From an uncultured Verrucomicrobiae bacterium (GTDB lineage: Bacteria; Verrucomicrobiota; Verrucomicrobiia; Chthoniobacterales; Chthoniobacteraceae), in contig CAWIKF010000002.1 in assembly GCA_963836755.1 (NCBI GenBank), positions 512,001 through 576,000 on the forward strand: 64,000 nt of DNA, read 5' to 3'. Made by a program: the position numbers and the translations under genes. Of this stretch, positions 1 to 9,232 are shown piece after piece. Positions within the stretch are counted from its first letter, which is position 1. The number at the start of each line of letters is the position of its first letter. Below the pieces are notes generated by a model that made no database searches, was not told where the DNA came from, and saw only the letters and a list, made by a program, of their open reading frames with translations.

Positions 1-921
1 CGCCGTCACCTGTTCCTTGCTCGCGCCGCCGCCAACGTCCAAAAAATTCGCCGGCTCGCCGCCGTAAAATTTAATGATGTCCATTGTCGCCATCGCCAGT
101 CCGGCGCCGTTAACGAGGCAGGCGATGTTTCCGTCGAGCCCGATGTAGTTAAGGTTAAATTCGCTCGCCGCCACCTCGCGCGGATCCTCCTCGGCCTTGT
201 CGCGCATCGCCTTGATCTCGGGATGCCGAAAAAGTGCGTTGTCATCGAAATTAAATTTCGCATCGAGCGCCTTCACCTCGCCATTTTTCGTGACGACGAG
301 CGGGTTCACTTCGACGAGCGAGCAATCGCAGGCCGCGTAAGTTTTGTAGAGTGCGAGGAAAAGTTTTGCGGCCGCGGCTATTTGCCCCGACTCGAACTTT
401 AACTCCTTCGCCAGCTTCCGAGCCTGATACGGCTGCAGGCCGAGCAGCGGATCGATCGGTTCGCGCAAAATTTTCTCTGGCGTTTTTTCCGACACCGATT
501 CGATGTCCACGCCGCCTTCCGTGCTCGCGACCACCACCGGCCGGCTCGTCGCGCGATCGAGCAGAATCGCAAAATAAAGTTCGCGCGCGATCTCGGTCGC
601 CTCGGCCACGAGCAGGTTGCGCACGACGCGGCCTTCCGGCCCTGTTTGATGCGTGACCAAAGTCTGCCCGAGCATTTTTTCCGCGATCATCCGCACTTCC
701 AGCAAACTTTTCGTGATGTGCACGCCGCCTTGGAAACCGTTGGTGAAGTGTCCTTTGCCGCGTCCGCCCGCATGGACTTGCGCCTTGATCACGAACTGAG
801 CCGCGCCGAGTTGCTTTGCGATCAGCTCCGCCTCTTCCGGCGAGCGTGCGACATTTCCGCGCGGCGATGCGACGCCGAATTTCTCGAAAAGTTCGCGAGC
901 CTGATATTCGTGGATGTTCAT
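1..921 (-). CDS. sucC: Succinyl-CoA synthetase beta subunit (partial, runs off window start)
   Basis: My translation from ATG 921 gives [18 protein letters not shown]...[14 protein letters not shown], and later [60 protein letters not shown]. Absent from the ORF track because it is open-ended. Confidence 0.96.
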   Translation of the reverse strand, partial: MNIHEYQARELFEKFGVASPRGNVARSPEEAELIAKQLGAAQFVIKAQVHAGGRGKGHFTNGFQGGVHITKSLLEVRMIAEKMLGQTLVTHQTGPEGRVVRNLLVAEATEIARELYFAILLDRATSRPVVVASTEGGVDIESVSEKTPEKILREPIDPLLGLQPYQARKLAKELKFESGQIAAAAKLFLALYKTYAACDCSLVEVNPLVVTKNGEVKALDAKFNFDDNALFRHPEIKAMRDKAEEDPREVAASEFNLNYIGLDGNIACLVNGAGLAMATMDIIKFYGGEPANFLDVGGGASKEQVTA

Positions 922-938
922 GAAACGTTAAACTTTTA

Positions 939-1451
939 CTACGAGCCGTTGCCGACGTATTCAGCCGAATACGTTTCAAAGCGCGCGGTCGATCCGACGG
1001 GCGGCGTCGTCTGCACGTCGTAAACATCTTTGCCGACGACCTGGCTCGATTCTGTGTCCCAAATCATCACCGACTTTTGCGCGCGTGGTGCGGTGCGGTC
1101 GTCGCGCACGGTGTCGACGGCGATGTAACGCGGACTTCTCTTCGATTTTTTCCGCTGCGCGAGATGTGCGACCGCGGCGTGCGCGTGCATCGTAGCGACC
1201 TGCCGCTGCCGCGCGGTCGCCTCACGTTTGGCGATGATGAAAATAGTCGCACGCATCATTTCGCCCGATGAAGCACCGGTCGCGAGCGTTTCCGCGCTGT
1301 TCATTTCGCCGCCCCGCGCGATCGCATCGGCTGCCGCGCCGCCGGTTTCGCCGAAGGTGCCGGGATTGTCGCCGGGGCCGCTGGAGCATGACGCGAGGCC
1401 GAAAAGCGCGCACGCGACGAGTGGGGAAATTTTCAAAGCCGCGGCTTTCAT
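939..1451 (-). CDS. Hypothetical lipoprotein
   Basis: ORF 939..1577; likely start MKAAALK (1451), followed by a hydrophobic stretch and lipobox LASC. Fills the gap between the kinase and sucC. Confidence 0.7.
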   Translation of the reverse strand: MKAAALKISPLVACALFGLASCSSGPGDNPGTFGETGGAAADAIARGGEMNSAETLATGASSGEMMRATIFIIAKREATARQRQVATMHAHAAVAHLAQRKKSKRSPRYIAVDTVRDDRTAPRAQKSVMIWDTESSQVVGKDVYDVQTTPPVGSTARFETYSAEYVGNGS

Positions 1452-1492
1452 GCGTCGAGATTGAGCGATTCGTTTGTGGATGGCAAGGGCAG

Positions 1493-4400
1493 CTAGCGCG
1501 GTGTGATTTGCAGATTGTTTTTCCGGCACCACTCGAGCGCGCGAGGGTTGCCGGCTTCGGCGGATTTGCGATACCACGTTTCGGCGGCGAGGCCGTTTTG
1601 CTCAGTGCCCGTGCCGATCTCGAGGCAGCGCGCGAGCAGAAACATGCAATACGCGTTGCCGTCGCGCGCGCCTTGCTGGAAAAGTTCCACCGCTTTGCGC
1701 GCATCCGGTTTGACGCCGTCGCCATTAATATAAAGCACGCCAACATTGCCGACCGCGTCGTCGAATTTCAGCGCTTGCGCCTGCGAAAAAAGTTGGAACG
1801 CCTCGTCGTAATTTTTCGCCACTCCGATGCCCTGGTGAAAACAGGTGCCGAGCAAATTCATCGCGCGCGGATCACCGCCCGCGACGGCATCCTGCAGGAT
1901 TTCCACCGCGCGCCGCTCGTCCTTCCGCACGCCGCGCCCATATAGATAGCACTCCGCGAGACAACTTTTACCCGCCGCGTCGCCTTTTTCCGCGGCGCGC
2001 TCGAACCACTCGACGGCCTTTGCGAAATCGCGCGCGACGCCCGCGCCATTCGAATACATGAGCCCGACCTGCACGAGCGCAGGCGCGTGGCCGAGCGCCG
2101 CGGCCGCGCAAAACCAATTGAATGCATCGCGTGGCTGGTCCTTTCGTAAATGCGCGGCGAGGATCATCATCGCCGGGACCACGTCGAGCTGCGCCGCTTC
2201 GGTCACCGGATGCGCGAGTCGCGCAAAATCAGCGTCGTTCATTTTTTCAAGCGACGACCGCAGGCTTGTGAGAATCAACTCGAGCCGCACGCGGCCGAGA
2301 TCGCTTTCAGGAAAATCGCGCGCAAGTTTTGCGTAAGCGGCGATCGCTCGCGGCCAATCGCGCGCGGACTCATAATTTTCCGCGGCCACGAGATTCGTTT
2401 TTAAAAGCGCCTGCCGCCGATTTTCCGGCGCGAGAGATGGCGCGGCAATCGGCGTCACGAGCGGTTCCGGCGCTGATGAAGCGGCAGGCGCCGGAGTCTG
2501 GGAGCTGCCGATGATCGGACGCGCGACTGTGTTTTTCGGCGCGACCGAGTTTCTAAAAAAGACGAATACGATCGCTGCGAGCACAACGATGACCGCTGCG
2601 ATCGCCGAGAAAAGCAGCAGCGGTAAATGTTTCCGAAAATCTTTTCCCGTCGACTCCGGAGCAGGATGTGACGCTCGCGCGGGTTTCAAAATCGCACTGG
2701 AAGCGCCGCCATTTTTCTTCAACGCGCCAGCCGTCGCGGACTGAAGCGCGAGGAAAAAATCTTGTGCGGACGCGAACGCCCGCGCAGGATCCAGCGCCCG
2801 TTTTAAAACCTCATTTCCGGTTTCCGGCAAACCTGCGAGAGGCACGTAACGCGGCGCCAGCTGCGAGTCCTCACTGGCGAGCATCACCGGCGGCAGCGAC
2901 CCGCCGAGCAGCTCGTAGACAAGCGCGGCGAGCGAGCGCACATATTTCGCGGCGAGATTTGTCGTGCCGGAATCGCCCGCGGCCGCGGCGATTCCGCCGA
3001 CGATTGTCTGGTCGCCGGCCCATGTGTCGGACGTCGCGAATTCGCGCGTGAGGCCGAGCGCGTTAAACTTCAGCGCGAACTGCGGCCACGCGCCGACAGC
3101 GGTTTCTGAAGTCACGGATTGCCCGGAGAAATCGATCGCGATTTGATTCAGTGTCAGGTCGAGGCGCTTCAATCCGTGTGAGAGCGCGAAATCAATCCCG
3201 TGCGCAGCCTGTTGAAGAAGCGTTAAAACTTCGCTGGCGTCAATTTCCTGGCGCGCGCGCAACGCGTCGAGAAGCGTGAAGCCGTTTGTCCACTCCATGA
3301 TGAAAAAACTAAAGTGCTCAACGCGCTCGATTCCGAGCACCGCGAGCAAGTTTGGATGCGGAGATTTTTGCAAATTTTCCACCTCGCGCTCGACCTGCGT
3401 GAGCGCGTCCGAATTTTCCGCGAGCTCGCTGTGAAGCACCACCAGCCGCACTTCGCGCTGCGCGGCGCGGTCGCGCGCGTGAAACATCCAGCCGGCATTT
3501 CCTTCTCCCAAATCCTCGAGAATTTCGTAGCGGCTCGCGACGATTTCCCCTTTGCAAAAAACGCGCCGCAGCGTTTTGTGCTCCTGCGCATCGGGCGTCT
3601 GCGGGCGCAATTCCACGTCGCGCATTTCGCCGAGCGATGGCTGCAGCGCGACGAGCAGCTCGATGCAGCATTCGATTTCCTTGCGCAAGTCGAGCGGCGT
3701 TTGCGGGCGTTTCGCGGGGTCCTTTTCAAGCATGCGCGCGAGCAAATCGCGCAGCGCCGGCGGCACTTTTTTCAAAGAATGCACAGGCGGCATCGTGTGC
3801 AAATGATGGCTCATCACCTGCGCGATCGACCCGCCGAATGGTGCCTCGCCAGCGAGCATATACCAGAGCGTGACGCCGAGTGAATAGATGTCCGACCGCA
3901 CATCGATTTCTTTTTCCTCGAGCTGCTCGGGCGATGCGAAATGCGGCGTGCCGACGAAGCCGCTCACCGAGAGCGATGCGGTGTCGTCGCCGTCGTCCTT
4001 GCGGCTCGATTTTGCGAGGCCAAAGTCGATGACCTTCGCGACTAGCTCCTCGTCTTCGTGCACGAGCATGAGGTTCGACGGCTTGATGTCGCGATGGATG
4101 AGATGGTGCTTTTGCGCGGCGTTGAGCGCGCGCGCGACCTGCAGCGTGATCTGCAGCGCGAGCACCGGATCGAGCGGACCGCCGCGCCGGATCAACGACT
4201 CGACGGTTTCGCCGTCGATGAATTCCATGGCGTAAAAGTAGACGTCGCCCTCGATGCCGAGATGAAAGACCGACGCGACGTGCCGATGCCGCAACTGGGC
4301 CGCCGCGCGCGCCTCGCGCACAAACCGCTGCCGCGCGACTTCGCTGTCGATCGATGCGGCGTTGATGACCTTTAGCGCGACGTGGCAGCGCAGGTTTGTA

Positions 4401-4507
4401 TCGAACGCGCGGTAGGTGATTCCCATCGCGCCGCGGCCGAGCTCGTAAAGCGAGCCATCCTCGCGGCGGAGCACTTCGTAATGATCAAAAATCGCCGTCT
4501 CAGACAT
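1493..4507 (-). CDS. Membrane Hanks-type Ser/Thr kinase with a second degenerate kinase domain and C-terminal TPR/Sel1 repeats
   Basis: Domain 1 has LGRGAMG, VALK, HRDIKPSN, DFG and ASPE. Domain 2 (RYEILEDLGEGNAG...HPNLL) lacks these catalytic motifs. TM segment LLLFSAIAAVIVVLAAIVFVFF; Sel1 repeats (LGTCFHQGIGVAKN, VGLMYSNGAGVARD). Start MSETAIF at 4507. Confidence 0.92.
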   Translation of the reverse strand: MSETAIFDHYEVLRREDGSLYELGRGAMGITYRAFDTNLRCHVALKVINAASIDSEVARQRFVREARAAAQLRHRHVASVFHLGIEGDVYFYAMEFIDGETVESLIRRGGPLDPVLALQITLQVARALNAAQKHHLIHRDIKPSNLMLVHEDEELVAKVIDFGLAKSSRKDDGDDTASLSVSGFVGTPHFASPEQLEEKEIDVRSDIYSLGVTLWYMLAGEAPFGGSIAQVMSHHLHTMPPVHSLKKVPPALRDLLARMLEKDPAKRPQTPLDLRKEIECCIELLVALQPSLGEMRDVELRPQTPDAQEHKTLRRVFCKGEIVASRYEILEDLGEGNAGWMFHARDRAAQREVRLVVLHSELAENSDALTQVEREVENLQKSPHPNLLAVLGIERVEHFSFFIMEWTNGFTLLDALRARQEIDASEVLTLLQQAAHGIDFALSHGLKRLDLTLNQIAIDFSGQSVTSETAVGAWPQFALKFNALGLTREFATSDTWAGDQTIVGGIAAAAGDSGTTNLAAKYVRSLAALVYELLGGSLPPVMLASEDSQLAPRYVPLAGLPETGNEVLKRALDPARAFASAQDFFLALQSATAGALKKNGGASSAILKPARASHPAPESTGKDFRKHLPLLLFSAIAAVIVVLAAIVFVFFRNSVAPKNTVARPIIGSSQTPAPAASSAPEPLVTPIAAPSLAPENRRQALLKTNLVAAENYESARDWPRAIAAYAKLARDFPESDLGRVRLELILTSLRSSLEKMNDADFARLAHPVTEAAQLDVVPAMMILAAHLRKDQPRDAFNWFCAAAALGHAPALVQVGLMYSNGAGVARDFAKAVEWFERAAEKGDAAGKSCLAECYLYGRGVRKDERRAVEILQDAVAGGDPRAMNLLGTCFHQGIGVAKNYDEAFQLFSQAQALKFDDAVGNVGVLYINGDGVKPDARKAVELFQQGARDGNAYCMFLLARCLEIGTGTEQNGLAAETWYRKSAEAGNPRALEWCRKNNLQITPR

Positions 4508-4518
4508 CGGAGCGGGGC

Positions 4519-4545
4519 AGTGTAGCGGAGCAAAAGCGGTTTCAA
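4519..4545 (-). promoter_or_regulatory. Putative sigma70-type promoter for the kinase
   Basis: Minus strand reads TTGAAA-N15-TACACT, with the -10 element 11 nt before ATG 4507. Confidence 0.35.
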
Positions 4546-4569
4546 ATATCCGAATGCACGGCGCGTTTT

Positions 4570-6855
4570 CTAGATTTTTTCTCGTGCGCGCAATGCGATG
4601 AGCGAAAGCGTGAAACTGCCGCTGATCCATGCGGCAAGCGTCGCCAGCGCGAGCAGCGCGGGATCCCAGCGGTCGTAAATTTCGCCCGTGCGCAGCGTGT
4701 GATCGCGATTCAAATTGCGAAACGAAGTCCAGTGATCGCCGAGCGAGGAATGGTCAATTGTTTTGTCCCACAAAAAACTCACGTCGATGCAACGCTGGGC
4801 CGCAAAGGCAGGCGTGAAGCCGCTTGCGAAGGCGACCGCCGCTTTCATTTCATTCGCTGGCACGGTGTAGCCGGAGAATAAAATCAGCGGGATCAATGCC
4901 AGCGGAACGATGATCACCGCCTGCATCAACGTGCGCGCCAGCGAGGAAATCAGCGCGCCGATCCCGACCGCCGCCAGCGCGGTGCCGATGAGCGCGGCGA
5001 TTTGCCACGCCGCGTTTCCACCAAGGCCATGCGCCGCAAGTTGTAAACAAACATAAAACAGCAGCGATTGTGTGATCGTGATCGCGCCGAGGAATAAAAA
5101 CTTGCTTGCGAGATACGGCGTGCGGCCGACTCCGACCATGCGCTCGCGCCGGTAAATCGCGATCTCGCGCACGATTTCCTGCGCCGCGTTGCTGCAGCCG
5201 AACCAGAGCGTCGTGATATATGCGAAGAAAAGTTTCAGCGACGCGTCATTGCTCACCCACGCGACGAGTGCGGCGAGGATCACCGGTTGGCTGAGCAAAA
5301 TTCCGGCGTTGCGCCAGTCCGCGCGCAGGATGGCGAATTGACGCCGCAGCAAAATCCCAAGCGCTGCCGGTCGATTTTTTTCCAATTTTTTCTCCGCCTC
5401 GCGCGGCTCGAACTCCATTTTCGAATGGAGCGATTTCTCCGCAAATTGCGCGCGCCATTCGCCAGCCGATTGTGTCTCGAGCTTGTCGTAAAGTGCCGCG
5501 AGCCGCGTCACGCCGAAAAATTCCCGCGCCTCGAGCGGCGTTCCATTGAAGACGAGGCAGCCGGAAAACATCACCGCGACCTGATCCATGAGATAGACAT
5601 TTTCCATCACATGCGTCGTGCAAATCACGGTGCAGCCGGTGTCGGCGAGATCGCGCAGCAGCTCCATGATTTTGAATTCCGTGGCCGGATCGAGGCCCGA
5701 GGTCGGCTCATCCAAAAACAGCACCGATGGCCGCGCAAGCAGCTCCACAGCTACGCTCACGCGCTTTCGCTGGCCGCCGGAAAGATCGCCGACGCGCGTC
5801 GTCTCGCGGTCGCTCAAGCCGAGCTGCGCCAGCGTTTGTGCGATCAATTTTTCCACCTCCCCGCACGGCGTGTCGCGCGGCAGCCGCAGCTCCGCGGCGA
5901 ATTGAAGCGCCTCCGCGATGGTCAACTCCAGGTGCACGATATCGTCCTGCGGCACGAACCCGAAGTTGCGCCGCTGATTTTCCCGCGCAACCTCCACGCC
6001 GTCGATCAACACGATGCCGCCTCCCGCCGCGCGCTGGCCGCTGAGTGCATTGAGGAGCGAACTTTTACCCGCGCCGCTCGGGCCAATGATTCCGCAAAAG
6101 CGCGACGCCGCGATGTCAAGGGTGACGTTGTCGAGGATCGTGCGGCGGTCGATTTTTTCGCTGACCGCCCGCGCATGCACGGCCGCGCCCGGCACCGCGC
6201 GCGTCAGGTCGAGCGCGCTCCCGTCGAAGTGAAAATAAAACGGCCCGATCTGCAGACGGTCGCCGATCGTCAGCTCGTGTTCATCGAAGCGCCGGCCGTT
6301 CACGAACGAGCCCGCTGTGCTCTTCAAATCAAACACGCGGAAGCCGCCATCGACGCGGCGAATCATCGCATGCTGGCGCGACACGGCGGGCGAATTCAGC
6401 ACCACGTCTGACTCCTTGTCGCGGCCAAAAGTCAGATGCTCCGCGAGCTCCACGCGCTCGACTTTTTGACCGCGAAAAATCGCCGGCTGCGCTGCCATGC
6501 GGCCCGCGAGTCTCCCGCCAAGCCGCTCCAGCTCTTGATCCGAGGGTGGATGGCCGTGCGCGAAAAGCAAAACCACCGTTCCGAGCGCGAACGTTTTTCC
6601 CGACGGCAAAAGCGTCGGCGCGGCCACCGCACGATCCTCCACGCACGTCCCCCATTGGCTGCCGAGATCCTCGACGCGGCACTCGCGCCCATCCCACGCA
6701 ACGCGACAATGCCGGCGCGAAATCTCCAGATGATCGAGCCGGAAATCGGCCTCCGGCGCGCGGCCCAAAATAAAATTCCCCGGCTCCATTCGAAAAACGC
6801 AAACAGGCAAGCCCGAGATGACTGCGAGGTAAGCCGGATGCGCCGGTTCGCTCAT
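4570..6855 (-). CDS. FHA-FHA-ABC exporter (ATPase plus ABC-2 permease), Rv1747-like architecture
   Basis: Two FHA domains (LGR...ISRRHC; FGR...VSRQHA...GSFVNG), Walker A GPSGAGKS, LSGGQ, VLFLDEP and a C-terminal multi-TM domain. Start at 6855 (ATG) or 6879. Confidence 0.92.
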   Translation of the reverse strand: MSEPAHPAYLAVISGLPVCVFRMEPGNFILGRAPEADFRLDHLEISRRHCRVAWDGRECRVEDLGSQWGTCVEDRAVAAPTLLPSGKTFALGTVVLLFAHGHPPSDQELERLGGRLAGRMAAQPAIFRGQKVERVELAEHLTFGRDKESDVVLNSPAVSRQHAMIRRVDGGFRVFDLKSTAGSFVNGRRFDEHELTIGDRLQIGPFYFHFDGSALDLTRAVPGAAVHARAVSEKIDRRTILDNVTLDIAASRFCGIIGPSGAGKSSLLNALSGQRAAGGGIVLIDGVEVARENQRRNFGFVPQDDIVHLELTIAEALQFAAELRLPRDTPCGEVEKLIAQTLAQLGLSDRETTRVGDLSGGQRKRVSVAVELLARPSVLFLDEPTSGLDPATEFKIMELLRDLADTGCTVICTTHVMENVYLMDQVAVMFSGCLVFNGTPLEAREFFGVTRLAALYDKLETQSAGEWRAQFAEKSLHSKMEFEPREAEKKLEKNRPAALGILLRRQFAILRADWRNAGILLSQPVILAALVAWVSNDASLKLFFAYITTLWFGCSNAAQEIVREIAIYRRERMVGVGRTPYLASKFLFLGAITITQSLLFYVCLQLAAHGLGGNAAWQIAALIGTALAAVGIGALISSLARTLMQAVIIVPLALIPLILFSGYTVPANEMKAAVAFASGFTPAFAAQRCIDVSFLWDKTIDHSSLGDHWTSFRNLNRDHTLRTGEIYDRWDPALLALATLAAWISGSFTLSLIALRAREKI

Positions 6856-6896
6856 ATTGATCGGCGTCAACTTTTCCAAAAACAGAACGGGCGGCG

Positions 6897-7763
6897 CTAC
6901 GGGAGCACAGCCCAGATTTCAGCGACGCGGTTTTTTTCCTGGCCCTGCTCGTCGAATAAATGCGAGCCGCCCATCGCGACCGAGTGCATCACGTTTGCGA
7001 CGCCGCATTTGTCGCGCAGTGTGCTCAATGCGTTTTGCGCGCGCTCCTGCGAGATGCGGAGGTTGATTTTTTCGTCACCTTGCGTGTCGGCGAAACCGAG
7101 GATGACGAAGACGCAGGTCGGGTCGTCCATCAATTGCCGGAGCTGCGGCGTGGCGAGCTCGGCCTTGATGGCATCGACATCCGCGGGTGAAAGCGAGGTC
7201 GCGCCTTTGCCGAATGGGATTGTGAGGACGCGACCCATGCGGCGCGCGCGCTCGACGCTGACGTAGAGTTTGTCTTTGTTGTCGGCGGAAATGGTCGGCA
7301 TCAAATCGATGCGCTTGAGGACCTCGGTTTTGACTTTTTGGTTCTCGGCATTTTCGGCGTCGAGGTTCGGATTGGCCGGCGCGGAAACGGGCTCGGGACT
7401 TTGTTCCGCGGCGGGTGTGGAAGCTTGTTCCGCAACGGTGGGAGCTGCCGCGGCGGCAAACGGTTTGAGGTTGCCCTGGTTTTCGAGCGACTGCTCGGCT
7501 TTTTGCTCGTTCGTTGCCGTGTTGGTCGGCACGCGCCGCGCCTCGAGCCAGACGGCGAGGGCGGTCATCACGACGAGCGCGATGATGAAAGTGAGGATGA
7601 GCGCGGGGATCAACTTTGGCCGGACTTTCGGCGCATCCGCGAGAGGCGTGAGCGGTTCCTTGCATTCCGGACAGACGAAGTCTCCCTCGGCGATCGTGAT
7701 AGTTTCGTTGCGGTAGGCGAGCAGGCAGTTCGCGAAATTAGTGCATTTGCCCAATCGGGTCAT
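6897..7763 (-). CDS. OmpA-family peptidoglycan-binding membrane protein with N-terminal Cys4 zinc ribbon
   Basis: CTNFANC...CPEC, one TM helix, Ala/Pro-rich linker, OmpA_C-like GFADTQGDEKINLRISQERA...NRVAEI. Confidence 0.85.
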   Translation of the reverse strand: MTRLGKCTNFANCLLAYRNETITIAEGDFVCPECKEPLTPLADAPKVRPKLIPALILTFIIALVVMTALAVWLEARRVPTNTATNEQKAEQSLENQGNLKPFAAAAAPTVAEQASTPAAEQSPEPVSAPANPNLDAENAENQKVKTEVLKRIDLMPTISADNKDKLYVSVERARRMGRVLTIPFGKGATSLSPADVDAIKAELATPQLRQLMDDPTCVFVILGFADTQGDEKINLRISQERAQNALSTLRDKCGVANVMHSVAMGGSHLFDEQGQEKNRVAEIWAVLP

Positions 7764-7800
7764 GCGCGCATTAAACAGCTTGCTTGCCGATGTTCAAACT

Positions 7801-8589
7801 TCAAAAGTCCGCCGCAGCGCCTGCAAATGCCGCCATGTCGGGCGGCAGCGGCGAGCGCCATTCGAGCTGGTCGTCGTCGACCCGCAGCGCGGCGGAATGA
7901 AGCGCGTGGCGCGGCAGGAGAAGCGATTCCGCGAGCGCGGGGGTCCACCCGGTTTCGATGAAAGTGAGGTAATTTTTTTCATCGGGACCGTAGATTTTGT
8001 CGCCGACGACTGCGTGCCCGATGTGCGCGAGATGGAGGCGAATCTGATGCATGCGCCCAGTATGCGGAATGGCGCGCACGAGGCTGAAAGGCCGGCCGTT
8101 GCTTGTTTCGCGGGAGATGCGCCGCTCGACGCGCACGGTGGTGCGCGCGCTCGCGCCGGCAGGATGAACGCATTGTTTTAGATAAATTTCGGAGAACCCG
8201 TGCGCGCCCTGCCGCGCGATCCTCGCGTCGATCTCGTAAACGTCCTGCGCGGGCCAACCGCAGACCAGCGCGAGGTATTCTTTTTCGATGCGCCGCCGCT
8301 GCATGAGCTGCGAAAAATGGCGCGCGGCGGCCGCGCTTTTCGCGATGAGCGTGAGGCCGCTCGTCTCGCGGTCGAGGCGGTTGATGATGGAAACCTGGCC
8401 GCCGTTCGCGAGCTCGAAGGCGAGCAACTCCCGCAAGCTGTCCCACATCGTCATCGCGCCGCCGGGCTTGCTCGGGTGGACGAGCAGATGCGGCGGCTTG
8501 TCGAGCACGAGCCAATCGTCTGATTCGTCGACGATGCGCAGCGGCGGCGTTTTAAACTTTGATGCCACGGATTGCGACCGATGAAACAT
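7801..8589 (-). CDS. RluA-family pseudouridine synthase
   Basis: DKPPHLLVHP, NRLDRETSG (catalytic Asp), TGRMHQIRLH, VGDKIYG, ALHSAAL. Start uncertain. Confidence 0.92.
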   Translation of the reverse strand: MFHRSQSVASKFKTPPLRIVDESDDWLVLDKPPHLLVHPSKPGGAMTMWDSLRELLAFELANGGQVSIINRLDRETSGLTLIAKSAAAARHFSQLMQRRRIEKEYLALVCGWPAQDVYEIDARIARQGAHGFSEIYLKQCVHPAGASARTTVRVERRISRETSNGRPFSLVRAIPHTGRMHQIRLHLAHIGHAVVGDKIYGPDEKNYLTFIETGWTPALAESLLLPRHALHSAALRVDDDQLEWRSPLPPDMAAFAGAAADF

Positions 8590-8712
8590 GGATGCGCGGC
8601 AAAGGCAACGCGTCGATTTTTTTGGAAAAAGCGCGCGCGATTTTCGTCGACGCAAAAGATTGCTTCTCATGCGCGGCGGAGAATGGTAGTCACCTCGACG
8701 GATTTGCGCCGC

Positions 8713-9186
8713 ATGAGCACTGAATTACGACCGCACTTGCAAGAGATGAATCTCTTCTCGGAGTTCACTCCGGACGAGCTCGACGGGCTGCTCGACCTGG
8801 TCGAGATCGTGACCGCGCCCGCCGGCGATTGCATCGTCAAGCAGGATCAGCGCGGCGATTGCATGTATGTGCTGACGGAAGGAACAGCGAAAGTCATTCA
8901 CCGGCGCGACGGCAAGGAATTCGAGCTCGCGACGCTGCAGCCCGGCGATTTTTTTGGCGAGATCGCGCTCGTCGATGAAGGGCCGCGCTCGGCTGACGTA
9001 GAAGCGATCAGCACTTGCAAGCTGCTCCGCATCGAGCACGCTGCGCTGCGCGCATTGGCCGGTGTCTATCCCGGCGCCGCATTCAAGCTGCTCATCGCCG
9101 TCGGCCGCGTGATGGTCGCGCGCATGCGCCGGAGTAATTTGAAATACATCGATTCGCTCTTCGCATCGTCCGGCGGCAAAGATTGA
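8713..9186 (+). CDS. Stand-alone cyclic-nucleotide-binding domain protein
   Basis: IVKQDQRGDCMYVLTEG, GDFFGEIAL...PRSADV; no C-terminal HTH. Start at 8713 or 8683. Confidence 0.88.
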   Translation: MSTELRPHLQEMNLFSEFTPDELDGLLDLVEIVTAPAGDCIVKQDQRGDCMYVLTEGTAKVIHRRDGKEFELATLQPGDFFGEIALVDEGPRSADVEAISTCKLLRIEHAALRALAGVYPGAAFKLLIAVGRVMVARMRRSNLKYIDSLFASSGGKD

Positions 9187-9232
9187 CTTTGTGTTGAACG
9201 ATTGACGCAGAGCCACTAAAACTCTGCGCTCC

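Noticed and set aside
5287..6411. Long alternative-frame or antisense ORFs (also 30272-31435, 13187-14011, 49982-50785, 63193-63975, 251-1027)
   Set aside because: They overlap well-supported genes and lack motifs; they are typical shadow ORFs of GC-rich codon usage.
9206..9228. Hairpin CGCAGAG/CTCTGCG just before lpxC
   Set aside because: A 7-bp stem can arise by chance at this GC content; there is no U-tract or recognisable RNA motif.
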